Below, in pieces: positions 18,920 through 26,426 of a DNA stretch of 33,256 bases. Made by a program: the position numbers and the translations under genes. The notes under the pieces were generated by a model, which saw nothing but the letters and a program-made list of their open reading frames with translations, had not been told where the DNA came from and did no database searches. Source of the stretch: a virus (taxonomy: Duplodnaviria > Caudoviricetes); the IMG/VR virus record IMGVR_UViG_3300027808_000093, positions 1 through 33,256 of that record. One strand, given 5' to 3'. Each line of letters starts with the position of its first letter. The stretch's first letter is position 1.

Positions 18920-20425
18920 TTACTGGCCTAGTAGACTTCGTAGAAATTCTTGTTTCTTCTCTGGCGGCAACAAAGTATAGTCCATTTCTTGCGCCAACAA
19001 GTCGGGTGCTGCTAGCCCTGCTGAAGCTGCAATTGCTGCTGTTTTGCGTAATGGGTCAAATGCTGCAAATTTACTTCTTACCTGATCTGGCTCAAAAACA
19101 ACGCCAACATCTATCAACTTACTTGGGCCAACACCCGGATCAAAAGTGTTTTTAAGAATTACAGCGTCATTTCCTTCTCTTAAGGCTTGGTCAATGAGAT
19201 CGGCATATGTTTGATCTCTATAAGTGCTTCCTTGAAAATCGTACACAAGCGGGTTTTCATAACGCAAAGCCACAGGCATCACGTTTCCGCCTTCTTGTGT
19301 TTTTTCAGCAAGCGCCCGTTCATTTTTAATTGATTGAAATTGCTCAATGCTTTTTATAGCTTGTGTTGCATCGCCATTAGAAAGTTTCTGAATTTCCTTT
19401 TTTAATCCTTCAAGTTGAGGGTTTGAATAGCTGTTGTACCAGCCATATGGCATCAACTCTTTTACTTTTGCATCAAGCAACTCAGCTTCTTGTTGTGGCA
19501 GTTGTTTTGAGTAGATTGAATTATTGATGCTTGCTAACATCTCATCTCTGCTATCACCATACTTTGCAGTTATGCCTTGCAGATATTGTTGGTCGCCAAT
19601 AGCAATGTCTTCTGCCAACCCCATTTGTTTTTCATATTCATCCCAATTGCCCTTCTTCTCAGCGGCGGCAGCTCTCCTCATTGCTTCTTTGTATTGCCTT
19701 GATCCACCTATTTGGGCATAGCCAGATGCTGTTTCAGCGCCTTGCCCTTCCATTGACACAGTATTGAGTTTTGCAATTTTATCTTCTGAGATGCCAAGTT
19801 TTCTTAACAAATCACCCGCTTTGGGATCATTTGACTTTTTAAGCATTGCCTCTGGCGGGTTTTGAGGATCACGGGCAAAGAAAAAGCCTTTTTTGGCACT
19901 TTCTGCGCCAGTTGATTCGCCTAGCAAACCTTTGTCAAAGGACTTTATGTCGCCTGTACTTCCGTGATACCAGCCTTGCTCATAGCCTTGTTGAAGCATC
20001 CTTGTTTCAGGATTAATAGATTGACCTAATTGCTGCGCTCTTTGTTCAGCAAGTTTTAGTGCTTGTGCTTGTGGCGCAATTGATATTTTACTTACATCCT
20101 TGATGCTCATCCCTACTGGCAAACCTTTAGTGGCTTGGATTGCCCTACCAGCCATAGGCAAATTAGGCAAAAGCGTCATTAGTGCGTCAGCAGTCTCTGG
20201 GCGCAATGTAGGGACGTTTGCTTGCTGAATGTTCGTCAGTGGCTCACCATAAGCCAAACGCTCTACGGTTTTTGGAATTCCCGTGCTTTCAAGCAATCCA
20301 GCCAAACCTTGCGCTTGCTGTGTACGGCGCGGATCACGCAAATAGCCAAGCAACCCACTAATAATGTCGTTTGCTGATCCAGCAAAAGAAGAACTATATG
20401 GCGTTGCGCGAATTCCATCAGCCAT
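18920..20425 (-). CDS. Protein with ADP-ribosyltransferase-like (ART-PolyVal type) domain
   Basis: YHGS, GFFF, ASGYA, VMPV.L..ENP, GNDAVI, VVFEPDQVRS motifs in the expected order. Confidence 0.65.
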   Translation of the reverse strand: MADGIRATPYSSSFAGSANDIISGLLGYLRDPRRTQQAQGLAGLLESTGIPKTVERLAYGEPLTNIQQANVPTLRPETADALMTLLPNLPMAGRAIQATKGLPVGMSIKDVSKISIAPQAQALKLAEQRAQQLGQSINPETRMLQQGYEQGWYHGSTGDIKSFDKGLLGESTGAESAKKGFFFARDPQNPPEAMLKKSNDPKAGDLLRKLGISEDKIAKLNTVSMEGQGAETASGYAQIGGSRQYKEAMRRAAAAEKKGNWDEYEKQMGLAEDIAIGDQQYLQGITAKYGDSRDEMLASINNSIYSKQLPQQEAELLDAKVKELMPYGWYNSYSNPQLEGLKKEIQKLSNGDATQAIKSIEQFQSIKNERALAEKTQEGGNVMPVALRYENPLVYDFQGSTYRDQTYADLIDQALREGNDAVILKNTFDPGVGPSKLIDVGVVFEPDQVRSKFAAFDPLRKTAAIAASAGLAAPDLLAQEMDYTLLPPEKKQEFLRSLLGQ

Positions 20426-20426
20426 G

Positions 20427-20606
20427 TTATTTTCCTTTGTAGCGGCTCATTTTCTTTGCCGCCTCACTCATAGCAATTGCGATCGCCTGCTGTGGGTTTT
20501 TTACAACTTTACCACCTTTGCCAGAATGCAAAGTTCCTTCTTTGTACTCACCCATGACCTTGCCAACTTTGGCTTGTCCTGCTTTATTCAGCTTCGTTTT
20601 CATCAT
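20427..20606 (-). CDS. Small basic protein (DUF6496-like)
   Basis: Start re-set to MMKTK (GGAG RBS); KVGKVMGEYKEGTLHSG...V.NPQQAIAIAMSEA. Confidence 0.8.
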   Translation of the reverse strand: MMKTKLNKAGQAKVGKVMGEYKEGTLHSGKGGKVVKNPQQAIAIAMSEAAKKMSRYKGK

Positions 20607-21033
20607 AGCTTGCTCCATTAGAGTAGTCTTCACCTTCTTCTGTTGGTTGTTCGCCACGCTCCCAGGCTTGGCAAACACGCAAATTATGGCAAATGAAGTC
20701 GAATTTATTACACCAGCCACGACCGCCACCGTCTTTATCGTATGCGTCTTGAGGGATTTGCTCCATTTTGGCAAGCATATCTGGGCTGTCATTGAAGTAT
20801 TCGCAGTTAGCGCATAGATTCCTACGGGCTTGATCTGGGCTAATTCGCCATACTGTTGCCAGCTTGCGCCAGTATTCACTGTTTGGCTGTTGGGTTTTCT
20901 CAGGGCCAAGCATCCAATTAACTTTGACGAAATCACGATTTTTCATGACTTCATCTTTGTCAATTTGGTTTTCTTCGTCTTGAGTTTTGATTTCAATGGC
21001 GATTTCAGCGCCTGAGTCCAACAATCCAGCCAT
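20584..21033 (-). CDS. Cys-rich HiPIP-like (putative Fe-S or Zn) protein
   Basis: C74-ANC77-EYF ... GWC108 ... C121-QAW; GGAG RBS. Confidence 0.6.
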   Translation of the reverse strand: MAGLLDSGAEIAIEIKTQDEENQIDKDEVMKNRDFVKVNWMLGPEKTQQPNSEYWRKLATVWRISPDQARRNLCANCEYFNDSPDMLAKMEQIPQDAYDKDGGGRGWCNKFDFICHNLRVCQAWERGEQPTEEGEDYSNGASYDENEAE

Positions 21034-21053
21034 AGTGTTCTCCAGTTATCTAG

Positions 21054-21082
21054 ATTTTACAATAATGAGCCATTTTAGCCAA
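21054..21082 (-). promoter_or_regulatory. Sigma70-type promoter heading the packaging/structural operon
   Basis: TTGGCT-17-TAAAAT on the minus strand in the intergenic gap. Confidence 0.6.
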
Positions 21083-21087
21083 TTGTT

Positions 21088-21375
21088 CTAGCACATTCTG
21101 TTTTTCAAGTCATCCAATAGGTCTGCTTCGTCAAATCCATAGTGCTTTGCAAAACCTTTAGTGCCAAGCCCGTGAAGTCCAGCGTTTCCTCTGTGATGCT
21201 CTACACAAAGCCCAATTACATCCATATGGCTTGATCTTTGGCCCATTCCTGTGCCTCTGCGGGAATGGTGAAGTTCTACTGGCCCTGGCTCATGTGGGCC
21301 GTGTAGTTTCCAACAAACGCAGCAACCCATTTGAGCAACTTCGTTCATGTGCTTCTTTTCTGCTTTTGTAGTCAT
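21088..21375 (-). CDS. Ref-like (recombination enhancement) HNH-fold nuclease
   Basis: GCCVC...ELHH.R.GTGMGQR.SHMDVIGLC.EHH.G..G.H. Confidence 0.75.
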   Translation of the reverse strand: MTTKAEKKHMNEVAQMGCCVCWKLHGPHEPGPVELHHSRRGTGMGQRSSHMDVIGLCVEHHRGNAGLHGLGTKGFAKHYGFDEADLLDDLKNRMC

Positions 21376-21848
21376 GCAGGCTCAACAATAGCTCTTGCAT
21401 GACGGCTTCGGACTCTGCTTGTGACGTAACCAATGGATTGTTCCATTTCCCTTACACAGCAATCATCTAATTGAACGTCATGCACTGACATTGCTAACTT
21501 CACAGCAGTCATTTCTGAACCAGTAAACACAAAGTTGTTTAGCTTTAATCCACGCCTAGACATAGTAAAGATTGCGTCTTGCGCTGCTTTGATCTCGTCA
21601 GCCCAATCTTCCCCAAGTAACGGGTTGATGCAATAAAACGCTTCAGCCATGTTTAGAGCAGCGATTAGTACATCAATGTGATCTCGGGTTGCGTAGCCCT
21701 TTAAAACAGCCTCTAAAGCCTCGTGGTTCTTTAGTTTCAGGGCCACACCTGCTGTTGGCAAGCTACCAACCTTTTTAAACCCTGCTGCTATCCAAGACAA
21801 ATTGTCTAGCCTTACGCCTTTGGGCTTGTATTTACTTTTCTTCCGCAT
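21372..21848 (-). CDS. Conserved phage hypothetical protein
   Basis: Start re-set to MRKKSKYKPK (ATG 21848); helical, HD.QL motif. Confidence 0.7.
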   Translation of the reverse strand: MRKKSKYKPKGVRLDNLSWIAAGFKKVGSLPTAGVALKLKNHEALEAVLKGYATRDHIDVLIAALNMAEAFYCINPLLGEDWADEIKAAQDAIFTMSRRGLKLNNFVFTGSEMTAVKLAMSVHDVQLDDCCVREMEQSIGYVTSRVRSRHARAIVEPA

Positions 21849-22011
21849 TGAGCGCATCCCATTCTTCTTGGCTAATCGTAGGATTAGCATCTACTGACAA
21901 TCTTAGCTTTACGATTTCTTCATGCAGCTTTTGCAAAGCATATTCAACAGACAAGCGTCTAGCGTTTGATTCCGTTTCTATGCGCGTAAATTCGCTGTCT
22001 TCAGTGTTCAT
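21832..22011 (-). CDS. Small hypothetical protein (59 aa, not in the ORF track)
   Basis: MNTEDSEFTRIETES...NAEEK; AAGGAG RBS; ATGA overlap. Confidence 0.65.
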   Translation of the reverse strand: MNTEDSEFTRIETESNARRLSVEYALQKLHEEIVKLRLSVDANPTISQEEWDALNAEEK

Positions 22012-22421
22012 GTGTTCTCCTTAATGCCGTGGGCGGCTTCGATGGCTCTGGCGAATTCATGGATAGGCAGTGCAGTACCCGGCGTACTGTGCTTTACTTT
22101 CATCCATGCAAATTCAATTTGCTCACCTGTCAGCGGCTTGCGCTGCGTTAAGTCGTCGTCAAATTTAGTCTTTCCAATGCAAGGCCCAAGACCACACTTT
22201 TTACAAGTTCTTGGATATGCTTTGCCTTGACCGCGCAATGTCTCGTTGCAAGTGCTATCTTGCACAGGCTCTTGCTCTGGCTGTGCCAAGGCTTCTTTGA
22301 TTGCAGTGATAGTGTCATCGTTGCGCTCATCTTGGTATGTAATCGGATCACCTAGCATAAAATAATGAGTGTTTTCGTACAACGCCTCCAGCGCCTGCTT
22401 TAATGCTTTGTCTTTAGTCAT
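22008..22421 (-). CDS. Modular phage hypothetical protein (EALAQPEQEPV / KPLT..EQI / FARAIEAAHGI)
   Basis: AGGAG RBS; includes Cys module C-x14-CKKCGLGPC. Confidence 0.75.
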   Translation of the reverse strand: MTKDKALKQALEALYENTHYFMLGDPITYQDERNDDTITAIKEALAQPEQEPVQDSTCNETLRGQGKAYPRTCKKCGLGPCIGKTKFDDDLTQRKPLTGEQIEFAWMKVKHSTPGTALPIHEFARAIEAAHGIKENT

Positions 22422-22858
22422 TTGGTTTCTCCTATGGCTCGGATGGCAACGGCGCAGGTTCTACAACGCCTATGACCATGCTTGTTCAAACGAGTATTTG
22501 TGTCTGTGAATTCATGCCCATGCTTGCAATGCGTTTTGTTTGATTGCCCTATTGTGCAAACACGGCCTTTTTGAGCACAATCACGCATATTGTCTGTTCT
22601 GTCACCAAGAAACAAATGCTCGGGATTAACGCAAATTCTGTTGTCGCATTTGTGAAGCACCCATAACCCATTAGGAATTGGGCCGTGTGCAAGCAACCAC
22701 GAGTAACGATGTGCGCCGTAGCATTTTCGCCCCTCCTCTATTAGGTGGGTAAAGAATGCCCCATACCCATTGCCACGAGTAGAGCTTTTCCATTCCCAAC
22801 ACCCTGACACAACTGACTTGTCAACTTTTTCCCAAAAGCGGTCAGATATTGGTTTCAT
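22418..22858 (-). CDS. HNH homing endonuclease
   Basis: RFWEKV..GCWEW..GYG..AHRYSW..VLHKCDNRICVNPEHL..G...DN, plus CKHGHEF...RRCRTC. Confidence 0.9.
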   Translation of the reverse strand: MKPISDRFWEKVDKSVVSGCWEWKSSTRGNGYGAFFTHLIEEGRKCYGAHRYSWLLAHGPIPNGLWVLHKCDNRICVNPEHLFLGDRTDNMRDCAQKGRVCTIGQSNKTHCKHGHEFTDTNTRLNKHGHRRCRTCAVAIRAIGETK

Positions 22859-23078
22859 TGCTCTTTGCATCTGCAATCTCCTTTAAAACTTTTTTACGCT
22901 CTGCTGCTGCAATGCTACGCTCGTAGTCTGTCCAATGTTGTTGTGTCCATGTGCAATTACGCTCGTCTTCACGCACCAGCTTGGCAAAGGCTTCAAGGAA
23001 ATCAGGCATACCTTCAAGTTTTTCACCCCATCCAATACCAGCCTCACGCGCCATCTCCATGATTGTTCGTTTAGTCAT
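22842..23078 (-). CDS. Phage hypothetical protein (MAREAG..LEAFAKLV type), possibly truncated by the HNH
   Basis: GGAGG RBS; overlaps the HNH start. Confidence 0.7.
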   Translation of the reverse strand: MTKRTIMEMAREAGIGWGEKLEGMPDFLEAFAKLVREDERNCTWTQQHWTDYERSIAAAERKKVLKEIADAKSNETNI

Positions 23079-23266
23079 GCTTCATCCTCCCAACCCCAGC
23101 CAAGTAGCTGCTCAGTGTTTTTGATTTGCTCATCAGTAGGCTTGTGGTACATCACAAATTTTGTCTTCCAAGCGCCTTGCGGATACAGTACCCATGCCCC
23201 AACAGGTTTTGGTGGTGTTGTTATGGTAAATGAACCATATGCGTCTTTGTAATGTTCTTCACTCAT
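23075..23266 (-). CDS. Small hypothetical protein
   Basis: 63 aa; AAGGAG RBS; ATGA overlaps. Confidence 0.7.
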   Translation of the reverse strand: MSEEHYKDAYGSFTITTPPKPVGAWVLYPQGAWKTKFVMYHKPTDEQIKNTEQLLGWGWEDEA

Positions 23267-23328
23267 GCTTCACTCCTTAATGGGTACGGTGGAAAAGGCC
23301 AGTTTTCGGGCCAGTTATTTTTGTCCAC
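23263..23328 (-). CDS. 21-aa WPFP micro-protein
   Basis: GTG start with GGAG RBS; MDKNNWPENWPFPPYPLRSEA; stop overlaps the next ATG. Confidence 0.5.
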   Translation of the reverse strand: MDKNNWPENWPFPPYPLRSEA

Positions 23329-23506
23329 GACTACTCCACTCACGGCAAAAAGCCTTTTGCTTTGTAGTCAAATCAGGGCTAAACCCTGCAATTGAGCATT
23401 CAGGGTGATTGTTAAATACTGTGTGCGCTGGTGGTGCAAACATCACAAAAAGGGCCACGCAATTGGCAACCATTGTAAAAATCATTAGTGGAATCCAAGT
23501 GCTCAT
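23315..23506 (-). CDS. Small membrane-anchored protein with a Cys pair
   Basis: N-terminal TM helix, then C.IAGFSPD....K..C. Confidence 0.7.
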   Translation of the reverse strand: MSTWIPLMIFTMVANCVALFVMFAPPAHTVFNNHPECSIAGFSPDLTTKQKAFCREWSSRGQK

Positions 23507-23700
23507 TTGGTTTCATACGCAACGATTGCCCGTGCGTCCAGTTCATACATGGTTTCTTCGCTCAACAACGACACAACATCCATGTTGTTAAACACCACCT
23601 TGACGACTTCGGAGTTGTACACCCCTTCTTCGTCTTCTTCAAATTGCCAAAAGACGATCACGTCTGCGTCTTCTAGCTTCGTTGTGAAATTGAACTCCAT
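23503..23700 (-). CDS. Small acidic hypothetical protein
   Basis: AAGGAG RBS; first gene under the promoter at 23741-23770. Confidence 0.75.
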   Translation of the reverse strand: MEFNFTTKLEDADVIVFWQFEEDEEGVYNSEVVKVVFNNMDVVSLLSEETMYELDARAIVAYETK

Positions 23701-23740
23701 TGCTGCTCCTTAAAAGACCCCAACATTGAGGCATGGCTGA

Positions 23741-23770
23741 AGTGTATAGCAAACTAGACTAATTACGCAA
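23741..23770 (-). promoter_or_regulatory. Promoter with 16-bp operator (copy 3)
   Basis: TTGCGT-18-TACACT; operator GTCTAGTTTGCTATAC at 23744-23759. Confidence 0.75.
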
Positions 23771-24176
23771 GTGTTTTGTAAATAATTCCGTTTTCGCTTC
23801 CCCACGCCTCTAAAAACGTAATGAACTCAGCCGCTTGCTCTTTGGTGAAATCGCGGGTTTGTAGGCCCAATTGCACAATCCCTGCACCATCTAAGGACGG
23901 AATGATTTTGCCGCCTTGTAGCCCTGTTTCCTTAACGAATAGGTCTACTGTGAGCCGTTTCCAATCTTCTGCTGACCACTTAGCTCCCAAATGTTGCGCT
24001 TGCTTGGCTATTTCACTAAGCATTGCGTGATACTTGGCGTTCTGCTCATCGCTGCGTGATTCAGCTTTAATCTCCAGCCGCAAGGGTTTTCCAGCCTTTA
24101 GCGAATCTTTGACCTTGGGCCAAATCTTTGCTATCAGTGCGCTTGCTTGCTCTTGGGTTTGCAAATAAAAAATCAT
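23763..24176 (-). CDS. ninB: NinB/Orf recombination protein
   Basis: RSDEQNAKYHAMLSEIAKQ...W..EDWK...PSLDG...LG..T....K....EFI.FL.AWG. Confidence 0.85.
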   Translation of the reverse strand: MIFYLQTQEQASALIAKIWPKVKDSLKAGKPLRLEIKAESRSDEQNAKYHAMLSEIAKQAQHLGAKWSAEDWKRLTVDLFVKETGLQGGKIIPSLDGAGIVQLGLQTRDFTKEQAAEFITFLEAWGSENGIIYKTLA

Positions 24177-24652
24177 TTGATTGTGTTGCGAAATTTAACA
24201 ATTACATAAGCCCAAAAAGCGCCCCCTGTAACTTTTGCCACAAATTGCATTACAACAATTTGAGGCATCAAAATACCAAACGCTAATGTAGGAAAAACAA
24301 CACTATCCACAGCAGCGCCAGCAATGTTGCTACCGTTTGATCGTTTAATCCATGTACCAGTAATTTTTGCGAATACAGCCCAATCAACAACAGATGCGGC
24401 AGTAAATGACACAGCAGAGGCAATCGCAATCATTCCAGCAGCAGGGTTAAGCACATATGTAAGCAAGCCAGTGCCAACAATCAAGCAACACATTTGCCAT
24501 GCTTTCAATCGTTTATGCAACAAATCGCGTAAAACCAAATCAAGTCCAATAAATAAAAAAGAATTTATCGGAGAAATCCAAGGGCCAAAATGTGAAATTG
24601 ATAAGTTGGCGGCAGTCATTGCCAAAGCGTAAATTGAAATTGCTGTTTTCAT
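24173..24652 (-). CDS. VUT-family (YhhQ-like) queuosine-precursor transporter
   Basis: Multi-TM 159 aa (start MKTAIS); AANL, LRDLLH, IAIAS..SF.AA..VD..VF, R..GSN..GAAVDSVVF..LAF, QFVAKV. Confidence 0.8.
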   Translation of the reverse strand: MKTAISIYALAMTAANLSISHFGPWISPINSFLFIGLDLVLRDLLHKRLKAWQMCCLIVGTGLLTYVLNPAAGMIAIASAVSFTAASVVDWAVFAKITGTWIKRSNGSNIAGAAVDSVVFPTLAFGILMPQIVVMQFVAKVTGGAFWAYVIVKFRNTIK

Positions 24653-25380
24653 AATAATGTTTCCTGTATTGGTTGTTTTATCCATTTTTGCGCTGAGTTA
24701 TGAGATTCAATTCTTTGCCTCATAACCATTGCTCTTGCTTCTTTTGTTGGAGGAGGGTAATTTCCATTTCTCCAATTGTTGTCAATTCCTATATTTCGCC
24801 CAATGTTTGTACTGTCCGCAGAAGAAAAGGGTAATTTTGTAAAAATTTCAGGGTCAAGCATTCGCAAACCATGCAGTTTGCAAATTGGAAAACCATCAGG
24901 ACATATCGCGTTCATGGCTTCAGCCATTCGGCCCCACCACAATGAATTTCCAATTTCAGCAAATTGACCAGACGAACCAATACAAACTCGATGAAAATTT
25001 CTTGCCAACCATGTCAATCTAGTAATTGATTCATGCATATGCCAAACAGGTGCTCCAAAGAAATTACCCAAAGGCCATGCTTTTACTAAATCATCATTGT
25101 CTTTTTCTGTTCCATCAATTACATCAGGAATTACAGCAAAATCACAATTAGGCATTTTTTTACACATTAATGCCCATTCATAAAATTCCATCCAATTAGT
25201 TCTTGGATTTCCGCTTTTCCATGCGCTAAAAGCTCCATTGTCAATTGCAAAAGATTGACAAAACTCAGAAGCAATTGCTAATTGATCTGGATGTTGAAAC
25301 GAAACAAATCCATGTCCAGCCATCACAGCAGAAACAGCAGCAGTTGCTGGTGTTATAGGCATCCCATGATAATGAATCAT
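24649..25380 (-). CDS. TGT/DpdA-like TIM-barrel, putative DNA 7-deazaguanine transglycosylase
   Basis: DNGAFS (D47), IPDVI (D86), PVWH, IGSSG, LHGLRM, SADST (D189) mirror the TGT motif order; coupled to the VUT gene. Confidence 0.65.
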   Translation of the reverse strand: MIHYHGMPITPATAAVSAVMAGHGFVSFQHPDQLAIASEFCQSFAIDNGAFSAWKSGNPRTNWMEFYEWALMCKKMPNCDFAVIPDVIDGTEKDNDDLVKAWPLGNFFGAPVWHMHESITRLTWLARNFHRVCIGSSGQFAEIGNSLWWGRMAEAMNAICPDGFPICKLHGLRMLDPEIFTKLPFSSADSTNIGRNIGIDNNWRNGNYPPPTKEARAMVMRQRIESHNSAQKWIKQPIQETLL

Positions 25381-25643
25381 TCAATCACCCCGATCATTTT
25401 TAAAGCCGCTTCAGGGCTGTCAACTCTTACCAAGCTACTACCGGGCCAATTAGCAAAGAACTCCTCTTGTAGCTTCGTAAAACGCTTTTTAGAGCCACTT
25501 TTTATCTCAACTAAGTAAGTGTGGTTTTTGTAGCCGACCAAAATGTCCACTGGTAAGGAAATTATCCAAACGTAAGCTCCAGCAGCTCTAAGCGCCGACA
25601 CAATAGCTTCTTGATTGACGTCCACACGGGCGGCGTATCTCAT
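25377..25643 (-). CDS. VRR-NUC (PD-(D/E)XK) nuclease
   Basis: Start MRYAARVD; PVDILVG...LVEIK....T.LQ..F. Confidence 0.85.
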   Translation of the reverse strand: MRYAARVDVNQEAIVSALRAAGAYVWIISLPVDILVGYKNHTYLVEIKSGSKKRFTKLQEEFFANWPGSSLVRVDSPEAALKMIGVIE

Positions 25644-26182
25644 ATGTGTTTCCAATAAATACCACGAACAGCTTTTTGCATCGTATCTTTACTAATTCCA
25701 TAATTTTCGGCAAGTTTTTTATAAGTTGTTTGCCCTTCTTTGTAAATTTTTCTTGCTTCTAAAACTTGTTGTTCTGTCAAAACTGAAGACCCATTACGTT
25801 CACCTTTTGCTTGTCTATTTTTAAAATATTTGTCATGTTGATTGTCTGCATGAGTCCCAATAATCAAATGTTTAGGATTGCAGCATTTAGGGTTATCACA
25901 AGTATGCATGGCAATAAGGCCATCAATTTTTGTTCCAGTATGTAATTGATATGCAACACGATGAGCCATAGCATTAAAACCATTAAACCTAAATTTCCCG
26001 TACCCCCAACGGTTTAAAGCTCTTTTCCATTCCCAACATTCAGATTCTGTTTTTTTGTCAATTAAAGACCAAAAATCTGGTTGTTTTGGCCCCTGCTTTT
26101 GAAATGGAACATCAAATCCATTTTTTCTGGCTTGGCTTCTTCCATGTTTAGTAGACAAATTAAAGTCATTGATTGATTTCAT
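25640..26182 (-). CDS. HNH homing endonuclease with C-terminal HTH
   Basis: CWEW..GYG..AHRVAY..MHTCDNPKCCNPKHL..GT..DN..D; GE.N..S.LTE..V; HTH; own TGnTATGAT promoter. Confidence 0.9.
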   Translation of the reverse strand: MKSINDFNLSTKHGRSQARKNGFDVPFQKQGPKQPDFWSLIDKKTESECWEWKRALNRWGYGKFRFNGFNAMAHRVAYQLHTGTKIDGLIAMHTCDNPKCCNPKHLIIGTHADNQHDKYFKNRQAKGERNGSSVLTEQQVLEARKIYKEGQTTYKKLAENYGISKDTMQKAVRGIYWKHI

Positions 26183-26209
26183 TTTTGTTTCCATTACAAA
26201 TAGACTCAA

Positions 26210-26251
26210 TCATAACATCAATTTATCCACGCGAGCTGCTCGTCTAATCAT
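26210..26251 (-). pseudogene. Orphaned 5' end of the VRR-NUC gene
   Basis: Reads MIRRAARVDKLML-stop, paralleling MRYAARVD at 25643. Confidence 0.6.
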
Positions 26252-26426
26252 TTTGTTCTTTCAATGCGTTCATGCGTTCACGTAAATCTGATGCAGCTTG
26301 AGCGCCGCGCCGTTTTGCAATGTCTTCCAGCGTAATCGTCCACCAATGAAACGCTTCACGCTTTCCTTCTTCACGAATCTTTTTCTTGTAACGAGCAATC
26401 CATTCTTTCGCTTCGCTCTGGTTCAT
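26244..26426 (-). CDS. Small hypothetical protein
   Basis: Start re-set to MNQSEAKEW (GGGAG RBS); EA.EW...I.KRRG..AA..LR..M. Confidence 0.7.
   Translation of the reverse strand: MNQSEAKEWIARYKKKIREEGKREAFHWWTITLEDIAKRRGAQAASDLRERMNALKEQND

Noticed and set aside
20607-20936. N-terminal 110 aa of the 169-aa ORF 20427-20936
   Set aside because: Overlaps the Cys-rich gene in another frame; the real start with a GGAG RBS is at 20606
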